Shown here in pieces: positions 54,061 to 64,000 of a stretch of DNA of 64,000 nucleotides. Source of the stretch: an uncultured Spirochaetaceae bacterium (lineage in GTDB: Bacteria > Spirochaetota > Spirochaetia > SZUA-6 > DRHE01). Where the stretch lies: positions 20,695-84,694 of the forward strand of contig CAZPPB010000001.1 in the NCBI GenBank assembly GCA_964588355.1, given 5' to 3'. The notes beneath the pieces were generated by a model. That model did no database searches, was not told where the DNA came from, and saw only the letters and a program-made list of their open reading frames with translations. Every line of letters begins with the position of its first letter. Position 1 is the stretch's first letter. A program made the translations under genes and the position numbers.

Positions 54061-57000
54061 ATGACGAAATTTTTTCGTCGTCATCATAATACCGAGCGGA
54101 GCGCTTCGCGGCAAGGAGAATATGTGAATCCCGATGATTTGACACCCGGCGAGGAAAGCGCGGGTTTTCGGCTGATCTCAAACAGGCAGATGCGGGAGTA
54201 CAGCTCCCGGGCTCTGCATTACCGGCACCTGAACACCGGCTGCCAGGTGTTTCACCTCTGGAATGAGGATCCGGAGAATCTGTTCGCTTTCACCTTCCGC
54301 ACCCCGCCCCAGGACGACACCGGTGCGGCCCATATCCTCGAGCACTCCGTGCTCTGCGGCTCCCGGCGTTTCCCGCTGAAGGATCCCTTTGTCGTGCTGC
54401 TGGCCAGCAGCCTGCAGACCTTTCTCAACGCCTTCACCTTTCCCGACAAGACCGTGTATCCGGCCAGCAGCATGGTGCAGAGGGATTTCTTCAATCTCAT
54501 GCTGGTAGCCGCAGATGCGGTCTTCTTTCCCCTGCTGCAGAAGGAGGTCTTCCTGCAGGAGGCGCATCATCTGGAACCGGAGGACCGGGATCGGGCGAAC
54601 GGCCTTATCCGTTCCGGGGTCGTGTTCAACGAGATGAAAGGGGTATTCTCCAGCGCCGAAGCGGTCGTGGCCAACGCTTCCCTGCGCAGTCTCTTTCCGG
54701 ATTCTCCCTACGGATTCGAGTCGGGGGGGCATCCAAAAGCGATCGCCACCCTGACGCACCGTCAGCTGCAGGACTTTCACCGGCGCTTCTACCACCCGGG
54801 GAACTGCCGAATTTTCCTTTTCGGAAACATCCCCACTCCGGTAACCCTCGAGTTTCTCGAGAAGCAATTCTTGAGCTCCTTCGGCCCTGCGGAGTCTCGG
54901 TCGGAGGTTGCAGCCCAGCCCCGCTGGGTTGAACCCCGGCTGGTGGAGACAACCTTTCCCGGGCAGACGGGCAAGGCTACGGTCACTCTGAACTGGCTCA
55001 CGATTCCGGTGACTGATCCGGTAAAGCTTCTCGCCTTCGAGGTGCTCTCAGAGATTCTGATCGGAAACGAAGGCGCCGCCCTGCAGAAGGCTCTTCTGGA
55101 GTCGAAGCTGGGGGACGATCTGTCTCCGGCAACGGGACTGGAGACGGAGCTGAGCGAGTTGGTATTCACCGTGGGACTGCGGGGAGTCGAAACCCGGGCT
55201 GCCGGATCCGTGCAGGAGCTGGTTCTCTCGACCCTGGCGGAACTGGCCGAGCGGGGAGTGCCTGAGGAAATGGTGCAGGCCGCGCTGCACCGGGTGGAGT
55301 TCCGCAACTCCGAGATCCAGAGGGGGGGGCGGCCGTATTCGCTGACCCTGATGCGGAGGGCTCTGCGGGGATGGCTTCATGGAACCGATCCCCAGGCGAC
55401 CCTGGAGTTCCGCCGGCCGATGGATTTGTTGAAGGCCGAAGCCGCGGGGGGCGGATATTTCGAGCGGCTCATAGAGGAGTACCTTGTCAGCAATCCCCAC
55501 CGAAGCACCGTGCTGGTTCGACCCGACCCAGACCAACAGCGTCGGGAGCAGGAGGAGGAACAGCGGGAGCTGCGGGTTATCCGGGAAGGGTGGGGGCCTG
55601 GGGGCAGAGAAGAGCTCCAGCTGGAGCTCGAGCGGCTGAAGGCCTTTCAGGAGCAGGAGGACAGTGCCGAGGTCCTTGCCCGAATTCCCGCGCTGCATCT
55701 GACCGATCTGCGCCGGCCGGTGGAAGTCATACCTACGGAATACCCGGACCGGCAGCTGTCATTCCCTCTCCTGTACCACGATCTGTACACCAACGGTGTG
55801 ATATATCTGGATCTGGCCTTCGACACCGGGGTGGTGGATGAGCGTTTCCTCCCCCTCTTGCCTCTCTTCAGCCGGGCCGTTCGAGGCAGCGGGCTGCCCG
55901 GTGTGCCCTACTACGATGTGGCCCGCAGGCTGTCCCTCTACACCGGGGGGTTCGGCGCCGCTCTGAGCGCCGATACTGCGGTACAGCCGAAGGGTTCCGT
56001 CCGGGGACGCCTGATTTTCCGGTTAAAGATGCTCGAGCAGAACCTGGGCAGCGCCGTCAGGCTGGCCGGGGATCTGCTCGCCAAGGCGGACTTCCGCGAC
56101 TACGACCGGCTGGAGACGATCGTCCGGGAAATGCGCAACGACCTGAAGGCTTCGCTGGTACCGGGGGGCAGTCACTATGCGGCTCTGCGCGCCGCCGCCC
56201 GATTATCTGCCGCTTCGGTGATCGAGGAAAGTTGGAAGGGAATCTCTCAGTTCACCTGGATGGACTCTCTCAGCCGCGGTTTGGCAAAAGGGCAGAAGGG
56301 TTTCGACGACCTGGCCGGAGCCCTGGAAGCCCTGAGGGCCCGCCTGATCGACCCGTCGGCGCTCACCGTGAACGTGACCTGTGAACAGCAGGCGGCTGAG
56401 GCAGCGATGAGCGCCGCGGCCGAACTGGTCGCCTCCCTCGGGAGCCCTGCGGCGGCGCTCAGCGGCGCCGTGGTCAGCCCGTTTTCCCTAGACCCGCTGC
56501 CCGAGGCAAAAGCGGAGGCGCTGGTGGGCTCGATGAACGTCAACTTCGTGGCCCACGAGTTTCCCGCCAGCCTCTTCGGCAGCGTCGAGAACGCCCACGA
56601 ATCGGTACTGGCCCACTTCCTCACCACCGGATATCTCTGGGAGCGGATCCGCATGCAGGGTGGCGCCTACGGCGCAGGAGCCGGGGCGAACGGTCTGGAA
56701 GGGCTGTTCGGCTTCTCCACCTACCGGGACCCCAACACTTTGAGCAGCCTGGCCTCTTTTCGGGAGGCTCTGAGTTTCGCCTCCCGGATCGACCTGGATG
56801 CGGATACATTCGAAAAAATAGTGATCGGTGCGGCGGGAAAGGAAGACAGGCCCATGGCTCCCGGAGAGAAGAGCTTCGTGGCCTTCAGAAGGAAGATGCT
56901 CGGGATAACCGACGAACAGCGTCAGGCCCGACGGGATGCCCTGATCGACTGCACCCCCGACCAGATGCGGCAGGCGGCTAAAAGCCTGCTGGCTCGTTTC

Positions 57001-57102
57001 GACCGGGGTGCAACCGTGATTTTCACCCATCCAGAAGCCCTGCAGAGAGACAGAGGGAGCCTGGAGGCCATGCGAGCCGCATTCCTCGAGCTTCCGGATT
57101 AG
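54061..57102 (+). CDS. M16C-family zinc metallopeptidase (PreP/insulinase-like, about 1013 aa)
   Basis: Inverted zinc motif HILEHSVLCGSRRFP (HxxEH) near the N-terminus. The length and four-domain layout are typical of presequence-protease-like M16C enzymes. Confidence 0.8.
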   Translation: MTKFFRRHHNTERSASRQGEYVNPDDLTPGEESAGFRLISNRQMREYSSRALHYRHLNTGCQVFHLWNEDPENLFAFTFRTPPQDDTGAAHILEHSVLCGSRRFPLKDPFVVLLASSLQTFLNAFTFPDKTVYPASSMVQRDFFNLMLVAADAVFFPLLQKEVFLQEAHHLEPEDRDRANGLIRSGVVFNEMKGVFSSAEAVVANASLRSLFPDSPYGFESGGHPKAIATLTHRQLQDFHRRFYHPGNCRIFLFGNIPTPVTLEFLEKQFLSSFGPAESRSEVAAQPRWVEPRLVETTFPGQTGKATVTLNWLTIPVTDPVKLLAFEVLSEILIGNEGAALQKALLESKLGDDLSPATGLETELSELVFTVGLRGVETRAAGSVQELVLSTLAELAERGVPEEMVQAALHRVEFRNSEIQRGGRPYSLTLMRRALRGWLHGTDPQATLEFRRPMDLLKAEAAGGGYFERLIEEYLVSNPHRSTVLVRPDPDQQRREQEEEQRELRVIREGWGPGGREELQLELERLKAFQEQEDSAEVLARIPALHLTDLRRPVEVIPTEYPDRQLSFPLLYHDLYTNGVIYLDLAFDTGVVDERFLPLLPLFSRAVRGSGLPGVPYYDVARRLSLYTGGFGAALSADTAVQPKGSVRGRLIFRLKMLEQNLGSAVRLAGDLLAKADFRDYDRLETIVREMRNDLKASLVPGGSHYAALRAAARLSAASVIEESWKGISQFTWMDSLSRGLAKGQKGFDDLAGALEALRARLIDPSALTVNVTCEQQAAEAAMSAAAELVASLGSPAAALSGAVVSPFSLDPLPEAKAEALVGSMNVNFVAHEFPASLFGSVENAHESVLAHFLTTGYLWERIRMQGGAYGAGAGANGLEGLFGFSTYRDPNTLSSLASFREALSFASRIDLDADTFEKIVIGAAGKEDRPMAPGEKSFVAFRRKMLGITDEQRQARRDALIDCTPDQMRQAAKSLLARFDRGATVIFTHPEALQRDRGSLEAMRAAFLELPD

Positions 57103-59690
57103 GAAAGTTCAGGCCCGTCAGCGGCAATGGGCAGACTGACCGTAACAGTTGTGCCGCGGCCGGGGGTCGAACTGAAATTCATGGTTCCGCCGTGCTCGCG
57201 AAGGATGCGCTGGGAGATGGACAGGCCCAATCCGGTCCCGCCCTGTTCGCTGCGGGTCGTGAAGAAGGGGTCGGTGAGCTTTTCCAGATCTTCCGGCTGG
57301 ATGCCCGTGCCCTGATCCTCCACCTCTATTTTCAGGACCCGCAGCTTTGGCTCGAAGCGGGTCGATATACGCACCCGCCGGTTTTTGTCCGGAAGGGCAA
57401 GGCAGGCGTTGTGCAGCAGATTCAGAACCACCTGCTCCAGCCCGATCCGGTCTGCCGGGATCCGCGGGAGGTCCTCCTGCAGATCGAGAACGAAGAAGTC
57501 GGTGGTTTTGACGATTATATACCGGGACAGGTCGACGATCGTGCGGATTACCTGATTCACGTTCGTCGGCTCCCGCGCACCCGCGGCGCCTCCGCGTACG
57601 AATCTCTTCATCTCGGAGACGATATGCTCGATTCGGGACGTACTGGATTCGATCTCGGAAAACGCCGAGGCGGCGGCCTCCTTGAACTCCCGGTACCCCA
57701 TCCCGGATAGACGAATCGTATCATCCGCCGGCTCGCCGGACTCTGTCAGAGTGAACAGTCGGGGCAATCCCTCCCGGAGAAAGCGGGCGTTCATACCGAT
57801 CACCTGATTCGGGTTGTTCACCTCATGGGCCACCCCGGCTACCAGCGCTCCCAAAGAGGCCAGCTTGTCGGCACGCATCAGTTGCTGCTGCTGGGCTTGC
57901 AGCTGCTGCTCCGCCTCCTTGCGCTGAGAGATGTCCCTGATGATCACCACCTCCGCGGCTTTCTTCTGCCAGGTCGTCCGGGCCCCGGTGATCTCCACCG
58001 GTATCACCCTCTGCTCCTTGCTTACGATGCGGGTTTCGTAGCGCTGCGGAGCAACCCCTCCGGCTTTTCTCTCGCTGAAGCGGCTGGATACTGCGGTCCG
58101 TTCATCCGGATGAACCAGATCGCGGAAGTGCATGTTTCTGAGCTTCGCGGCGTCGTATCCGGAAATCTCACCGCACTGCTGATTGGCGTAGAGGATCCGT
58201 CCCCCGCCGGAAATAATCAGGATGGCGTCGGCGGAGTTTTCGGCCAGGGCCTTGAAGTGTCCCTCCGCCGCTCTCAGATAGGAAACCATCTGATTGTAGC
58301 CCCGGGCCAGCTGTCCGATCTCATCCTCGGAGGGGACCGGCACGTACATGCGGTAGTTCCCCGAGGAGACCTGTCTCACCGACTCGTTGAGGGTGACCAG
58401 GGGTTTCACCAGACCTCTGCGGAAGGTGACGGGAAAACCGAATACCACGAGCACGTAGGTGGCCAGGGCGACGAGCACCAGTTTCGAGGAGAAACGGTGG
58501 ATCCAGAGGCGATAATCGCTGTAGGGCAATCCGATCCGATAGGACCGGCCTCCCGACTCGAGTTCGTAGAACAGGTAGAAGCTGCTCGTATCCGCCGCAT
58601 CGAGATAAAGGAACCGAGGAGCCAATCCCTCCCGTGCGGGTATCAGCCCTTCGGCGCCTCGATACCTGGCCAACCTGCCGGCCTCCTCGGGGGAGATCGG
58701 CTTTCGGGCATGCATGAGCTGCGTCCGGGCCGTGCCGGTGGACAGGATATAGGCCACCCTTGGAGACAGACCCGACCAGTCCCGGTTCCGGATCGCTGCC
58801 TCGGCCTGCTCGATTTCCCTGTAGTACAGATCCGCCAGACCGCTGTGGACCACCGGCATCAGGGCGCTGGATGTAATCCCGAAAACGACCATGATCACCG
58901 CCACGGAAATGCCGGTAAGCTTGAAAACGTAACTTGTCGGCTGGGGGGCGTTGTTGACGTACACGATGAAGACGAGCAGGCAGGTCAGCAGGGAACCGTT
59001 GTTGAACAGCAGGGCGTAGGTGTTGCTGGATATCGTACCGATCTGGTACAGCAGGTAGGTGAGGGCGATCATCGTGGTTGCCAGGGTGAGCAGGGCGAAA
59101 CTCCGGGTCGAATGCGCCACCCGTCCCACCGGGCGCAGCAGATAGTGGACAGAGGAGGAACCGCCGGCGCTCTCGAGCCTGGAGGAGCGCACTACTTTAC
59201 GGAGCAGGACCAGGATGGACCAGAGATAGCCGATCAGGATGAGGTAACTGATTCTGGAGCCGTGGACGAAGGAAAAATATTCGGCTTTGAAGTCGTAGCT
59301 GACCGAGGCGCCGCGTCTGGCAAACAGGGAGCCCCATACGATCAAAGCGGCTCCCAGGGTCACGATCAGTACGATGCGGGACTCCAGCCGGTGGTGGTTC
59401 GTTCCGTACCAATAGGCGAATTGGATCAGGCAGACGACACCGAAGATTACCATATTCGAGAACTGTCTGGTATGCCTCGAGATGCTGGCAAACAGGGAAT
59501 AGCGAATCGTGTAGGAAAGCAGCAGGATCAGCAATACGGCGAGATAACCGGCCAGATACCAGGTGTCCGGACGCTTGTTCTTGAGGGACAGCAGATAACC
59601 GGTGATCAGGAGCAGGAGCAGGGTCGTGGTGAGGGAACCTACCGACAGGGTATTGAATCGCAGCCAGGTGAGGTCGCCCACAAGGCTCAT
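57099..59690 (-). CDS. Multi-TM sensor histidine kinase (7TM sensor region, HAMP, PAS, HisKA, HATPase_c)
   Basis: About 7-10 N-terminal TM helices. HAMP-like linker. PAS-like ILIISGGGRILYANQQ. H-box AHEVNNP. G-boxes in the C-terminus (GTGLGLSI). Overlaps the downstream RR start. Confidence 0.8.
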   Translation of the reverse strand: MSLVGDLTWLRFNTLSVGSLTTTLLLLLITGYLLSLKNKRPDTWYLAGYLAVLLILLLSYTIRYSLFASISRHTRQFSNMVIFGVVCLIQFAYWYGTNHHRLESRIVLIVTLGAALIVWGSLFARRGASVSYDFKAEYFSFVHGSRISYLILIGYLWSILVLLRKVVRSSRLESAGGSSSVHYLLRPVGRVAHSTRSFALLTLATTMIALTYLLYQIGTISSNTYALLFNNGSLLTCLLVFIVYVNNAPQPTSYVFKLTGISVAVIMVVFGITSSALMPVVHSGLADLYYREIEQAEAAIRNRDWSGLSPRVAYILSTGTARTQLMHARKPISPEEAGRLARYRGAEGLIPAREGLAPRFLYLDAADTSSFYLFYELESGGRSYRIGLPYSDYRLWIHRFSSKLVLVALATYVLVVFGFPVTFRRGLVKPLVTLNESVRQVSSGNYRMYVPVPSEDEIGQLARGYNQMVSYLRAAEGHFKALAENSADAILIISGGGRILYANQQCGEISGYDAAKLRNMHFRDLVHPDERTAVSSRFSERKAGGVAPQRYETRIVSKEQRVIPVEITGARTTWQKKAAEVVIIRDISQRKEAEQQLQAQQQQLMRADKLASLGALVAGVAHEVNNPNQVIGMNARFLREGLPRLFTLTESGEPADDTIRLSGMGYREFKEAAASAFSEIESSTSRIEHIVSEMKRFVRGGAAGAREPTNVNQVIRTIVDLSRYIIVKTTDFFVLDLQEDLPRIPADRIGLEQVVLNLLHNACLALPDKNRRVRISTRFEPKLRVLKIEVEDQGTGIQPEDLEKLTDPFFTTRSEQGGTGLGLSISQRILREHGGTMNFSSTPGRGTTVTVSLPIAADGPELS

Positions 59691-61114
59691 TACTCTTCGG
59701 TTTCCCCCCGGAGGCCTCTACGCCTCTTCAAGCGCTTGCTTAGCGCCTGCGGGGTGATGCCGAGCAGTCCGGCGGCGATTGCCTGATTGCCCTTTGCCCG
59801 GGACAGGGCTTCTTCGATCAACCCCTCGGTCACCGCTTTCAGCGTGGGAAGTTTCTTCGGGAAGACCACGCCCTGCTGGGCCGCTGCGGGCCGTGCATTC
59901 TCTCCCGTGTAACCCATGGACTCGCGAACCGGCTGCAGGGACAGCATCTTCTCCTTCTGACGGCTGACCGCGTTGAAGATGATGGAGCGCAGCTCCCTTA
60001 CGTTTCCGGGAAAGTCGTAGGTCTCCAGCAGAGTGAGCAGCTCGGGGGGGACGGACAGCTGCTGTTTACCCAGCTTTTCGGCTGCCAGGCTGTGGAAGTG
60101 ATCGAGCAGCAGGGGAAGGTCCTCTTTGCGGTCCCGAAGCGGGGGTATGCGGATCTCATAGGTCTGCAGGCGGAAATACAGATCCCGCCTGAACTGCCCG
60201 CCGGCAACGAGTTCGGACAGAGACTGGTGGGTGGCGATGATGAAGCGGGCGCTGGTGGAGCGGGGAAGGTCGGAACCGAGCGGGTAGTACTCCCGGGATT
60301 CGAGAAGCCGCAGCAGCTTGATCTGACTGGCCGCAGAGAGGTCTCCGATCTCATCGAGGAACAGGGTGCCGGTGTTTGCCTGGTGGATCAGCCCTTTGCG
60401 GTCGCTGTCGGCACCGGTGTAGGCGCCCCTGCTGTGTCCGAAGAGGGTGTCTGCAAACACATTGTCATCCAGGCCCGCGGAGTTCACCTTGACCATAGGC
60501 CCGGTTACACCGCTGGCGGCGTGGATCGCCTCTGCCAACAGCTCCTTGCCCGTTCCGGTTTCACCGGTGATCAGGACCGTTTCCGAGCTCGGAGCGATCG
60601 ATTCGATGAAGCGGAAGATAGCCTGAACCCTGGGATTGCGGGTGATGATTCGGCTGAAGTGTTCGGGATGCTCGAGATTTTCCGCCAGCAGGCGATCCCT
60701 CAAGCTGTCGTACCGTCGGGCCAGACGCCTCATCTCCATCGCCCGCCGGATGCCGCTGCTCAGCCGGTTCGGTTCCACAGCCTTCACCATGTAGTCGAAG
60801 GCCCCCTGTTTCATACAGCCTACGGCCATATCGATGTCCTCCGATGCTGTAACGATGATGACCGGGATATGGGGGTAGTGCTCGTGAATGGTTTTAAGGA
60901 GAGCGTCCCCGGTAAGGTGAGGCATCGCAATGTCCAGAACGATGACCTCAGCCTCCTGTTTTTGCAGGAAGGGAAGAACCTCCCGGGGATCGGCGCAGGT
61001 ATGGAGGTTGTCGATTCCGGCGGATTTCAGAATCTTGGCCATGCTGGACAGCACGGCCGGTTCGTCGTCGACCAGCAGAACCGGGAACTCGGGAATCTCT
61101 CTGCCCGCCATCAC
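59690..61114 (-). CDS. Sigma-54-dependent response regulator (NtrC/Fis family: REC, AAA+, HTH)
   Basis: Receiver domain (VLLVDDEPAV..D..). Sigma54-interaction domain with Walker A GETGTGKE and the GAFTGA-like loop (HSRGAYTGA). C-terminal Fis-type HTH. Confidence 0.85.
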   Translation of the reverse strand: MMAGREIPEFPVLLVDDEPAVLSSMAKILKSAGIDNLHTCADPREVLPFLQKQEAEVIVLDIAMPHLTGDALLKTIHEHYPHIPVIIVTASEDIDMAVGCMKQGAFDYMVKAVEPNRLSSGIRRAMEMRRLARRYDSLRDRLLAENLEHPEHFSRIITRNPRVQAIFRFIESIAPSSETVLITGETGTGKELLAEAIHAASGVTGPMVKVNSAGLDDNVFADTLFGHSRGAYTGADSDRKGLIHQANTGTLFLDEIGDLSAASQIKLLRLLESREYYPLGSDLPRSTSARFIIATHQSLSELVAGGQFRRDLYFRLQTYEIRIPPLRDRKEDLPLLLDHFHSLAAEKLGKQQLSVPPELLTLLETYDFPGNVRELRSIIFNAVSRQKEKMLSLQPVRESMGYTGENARPAAAQQGVVFPKKLPTLKAVTEGLIEEALSRAKGNQAIAAGLLGITPQALSKRLKRRRGLRGETEE

Positions 61115-61328
61115 ACCTCCCTCCGACTCCCGGTTGACTCTGCACTGCTGTTGCTCAAGCTCAGGGGATCGTAAGCCTACAAGGGTCTGTTCATACTATA
61201 GCCTCAAGGGCAAAGAGCGGTCAATGTGTCGTTCGAACGGCGCGGTGCAGCGGGGATGCCGGGTTGTGCGAATAGCACTGTTCCACAACTCGCTGTTCTG
61301 TGCTAACAATGACTTCAGCTGGACGTCT

Positions 61329-62255
61329 ATGAATATGGAACTGTTCGTACTGGGAACCGGCGGCATGATGCCTCTGCCCTCCAGGGGCCTCACCTCCGTG
61401 CTTCTGCGCCGCGAGGGGGAGCTCTTTCTCTTCGACTGCGGCGAGGGCACCCAGGTGTCACTGCGCCGCCTGGCCCTGCGCTGGAAAAAGATCTCGGTCA
61501 TACTCGTGTCCCACACCCACGCCGACCACGTAACCGGCATCCCCGGAATCCTGATGCTTTCCTCTCAGGTAGAGAGAAACGAGCCGCTTTACATCATCGG
61601 CCCGCCCAGGATTCGGGAGTACGTGGAAGAAAGCCGCAGAATCCTCGACATGTACATCAATTACGAGATCGTGGTGAAAGAGGTTTCCGGAGCTGAAACT
61701 GTATTTGAGGGGGAGGGGTATCGGATCCGCTGCCGAGCAGTGCACCACACCAAACCCTGTCTGGCTTACTGTCTGGAAGAGCAACCCCGCCCCGGAGTGT
61801 TCGATCCGCAGGCGGCCGCGGCTCTGGGTGTTCCCCGGGGTCCTATGTGGTCGACCCTCCAGTCCGGAACCTCTGTGCGGCTGGATTCGGGTGCGGAGGT
61901 TCAGCCCGGGCAGGTGATGGGTCCGCAGCGGCGGGGACGGAAGTTCAGCTTTGTCACGGATACGACCTGGGTTCCGGGGCTGCCGGATTTCATTGCGGAT
62001 TCGGATCTGTTGATATGCGAGGGTATGTTCGGCGAAGATCTGGAGGAAGACGCGGAGGAAAAGAAGCATCTGACCTCTACCCAGGCCGCCCGGATTGCCC
62101 TTCAGGGAGGGGTCGGCCGGCTGGGGCTCATCCACTACAGCCCCCGCTACACCGAGAGAGAGCTGAAACGGCTGCTTCATCAGGCCAGGCGGATCTTCCC
62201 CGAAACGTTCCTCACCAGGGACCTTCAGGCCATCGATCTGCCCTTCAAAGAGTGA
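61329..62255 (+). CDS. rnz: Ribonuclease Z (tRNA 3' processing; short-form MBL fold)
   Basis: FDCGEGTQ signature plus the HxHxDH motif (SHTHADHV). Internal ATG (MNMELFVLGTGG) at 61329. Confidence 0.8.
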   Translation: MNMELFVLGTGGMMPLPSRGLTSVLLRREGELFLFDCGEGTQVSLRRLALRWKKISVILVSHTHADHVTGIPGILMLSSQVERNEPLYIIGPPRIREYVEESRRILDMYINYEIVVKEVSGAETVFEGEGYRIRCRAVHHTKPCLAYCLEEQPRPGVFDPQAAAALGVPRGPMWSTLQSGTSVRLDSGAEVQPGQVMGPQRRGRKFSFVTDTTWVPGLPDFIADSDLLICEGMFGEDLEEDAEEKKHLTSTQAARIALQGGVGRLGLIHYSPRYTERELKRLLHQARRIFPETFLTRDLQAIDLPFKE

Positions 62256-62274
62256 GCTTCAAGGCAGGAAAAAC

Positions 62275-62309
62275 TTGACGATTCCTGGAGTTGCCATTAT
62301 TTTAGGCAG
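62275..62309 (+). promoter_or_regulatory. Putative sigma70-like promoter upstream of the ABC-2 transporter genes
   Basis: TTGACG, 17-nt spacer, TATTTT, followed by RBS AAGAGGTGAGA and the ATG at 62334. Confidence 0.4.
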
Positions 62310-62333
62310 AAATCCTTTTAAAGAGGTGAGATC

Positions 62334-63271
<938 letters not shown>

Positions 63272-63275
<4 letters not shown>

Positions 63276-63991
63276 AAAACATCCTGCCCATTTTGAAAAA
63301 GGAGCTGAAGTCCTACTTCAACTCCCCGATCGCATACATCCTGGTCGTGACCTTCCTGGTTTTTTCGAGCATCTGGATTTTCTACCTGCAAACCTTTTTT
63401 GCCGGCAATATCGCCTCTCTGAGAAATTTTTTCTCCGTCATTCCGATCGTGTTTATCATCGTAATGCCGGCTCTCACCATGAGGAGCTGGGCGGAAGAAA
63501 AAAAATTGGGAACCATGGAGGTGCTGATGACCCTGCCGTTTCGGGAAAGCAGCCTGGTGATCGGCAAATTTCTGGCAGCCCTGACCCTGCTGGTGATCAT
63601 GATCGCCCTGACTCTTCCTCTTCCCCTTCTGCTCAGCAGATTCGGCGATTTCGATTGGGGGGAAATCTTCGGGCAGTACATCGGGGTGGTGCTCCTGGGT
63701 GCTGCGGGCATTTCAGTCGGGCTGTTCGTCTCCTCCCTGGTGGCCAATCAGATCAGCTCTTTTCTGATCAGCCTGTTCGTGCTGCTCGTGCTCACCCTCA
63801 TCTCCCAGGTTAATCTCGTCTTGGCCATTCCTCCCTGGGCGGCGGAAGCCGTCAACTTCGTTTCCCTGGGACACCACTTCTCGAATTTCCAGAGAGGTCT
63901 GATCGATACCAGGGATCTGCTGTACTACGGTATAGTCAGCGCCCTGTTCCTGTATCTCAACACGAAAACCCTCGTGTTCAGGAAATGGTAG
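63272..63991 (+). CDS. ABC-2 family transporter permease
   Basis: Six predicted TM helices. ATGA overlap with the upstream ATPase gene. Confidence 0.7.
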
Positions 63992-64000
63992 GGGGTGGCG

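Noticed and set aside
54061-54085. AT-rich 7-bp inverted repeat (GACGAAA ttt TTTCGTC) at the start of the M16 peptidase gene.
   Set aside because: It lies within the first codons of the CDS (MTKFFRRHH). The stem is short and AT-rich, so it is probably coincidental with the Lys/Phe/Arg codons rather than a regulatory hairpin.

Overview
Nearly gap-free, high-GC (about 60%) bacterial chromosome segment. No rRNA, CRISPR array, transposase or integrase was found, so it reads as core genome rather than an island. Gene content points to a diderm bacterium, possibly spirochete-like; the phylum call is uncertain. Evidence: LolCDE, a SurA/PpiD-type PPIase, PEGA and TPR lipoproteins, SpoVG, an rnfCDGEAB Rnf complex, and a DUF115/Maf-like gene.

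Genes in order:
- ispE' (5' partial), spoVG, tRNA-Gln, rplY (Ctc type), pth, tilS, ftsH.
- HtrA-family lipoprotein protease, convergent with a DUF115 (MptE/Maf-like) gene and a PpiD-like PPIase.
- Promoter, tRNA-Asp, terminator, tRNA-Pro.
- nlpD-like LysM/M23 peptidase, a group-2 sigma-70 factor, then aroA-aroB translationally coupled to a Crp-family regulator.
- Minus strand: hrpB-like DEAH helicase and hisS. Plus strand: a pcnB/cca-family nucleotidyltransferase.
- Minus-strand cluster: TPR lipoprotein, AI-2E transporter, an unusual P-loop/Asp23 fusion, and an HTH-PTS EIIA(Ntr)-like protein.
- Unknown polytopic membrane protein, then rnfCDGEAB and a GH57 glycoside hydrolase.
- A 15-kb co-directional block: solitary Cas2/VapD-like gene, prfB with its +1 frameshift site, cheY-like RR, PEGA protein, ftsY, MORN/YwqK-like repeat protein, lolC/E-lolD-lolE, mcsA-mcsB-clpC (no ctsR), giant TPR protein, leuA/cimA.
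- Minus strand: efp with epmA. Then an M16C (PreP-like) peptidase, a 7TM-PAS sensor kinase with an NtrC-type sigma54 activator, RNase Z, and an ABC-2 transporter pair.

Many adjacent genes overlap by 4 nt (ATGA/GTGA), consistent with operons. Many long antisense ORFs exist because of the GC content; they were treated as spurious. Points flagged for follow-up are the orphan Cas2-like gene beside prfB, the P-loop/Asp23 fusion next to the HTH-EIIA(Ntr) protein and AI-2E transporter, the nlpD-sigma synteny together with the NtrC-type system, mcsAB-clpC in a diderm context, and efp-epmA.
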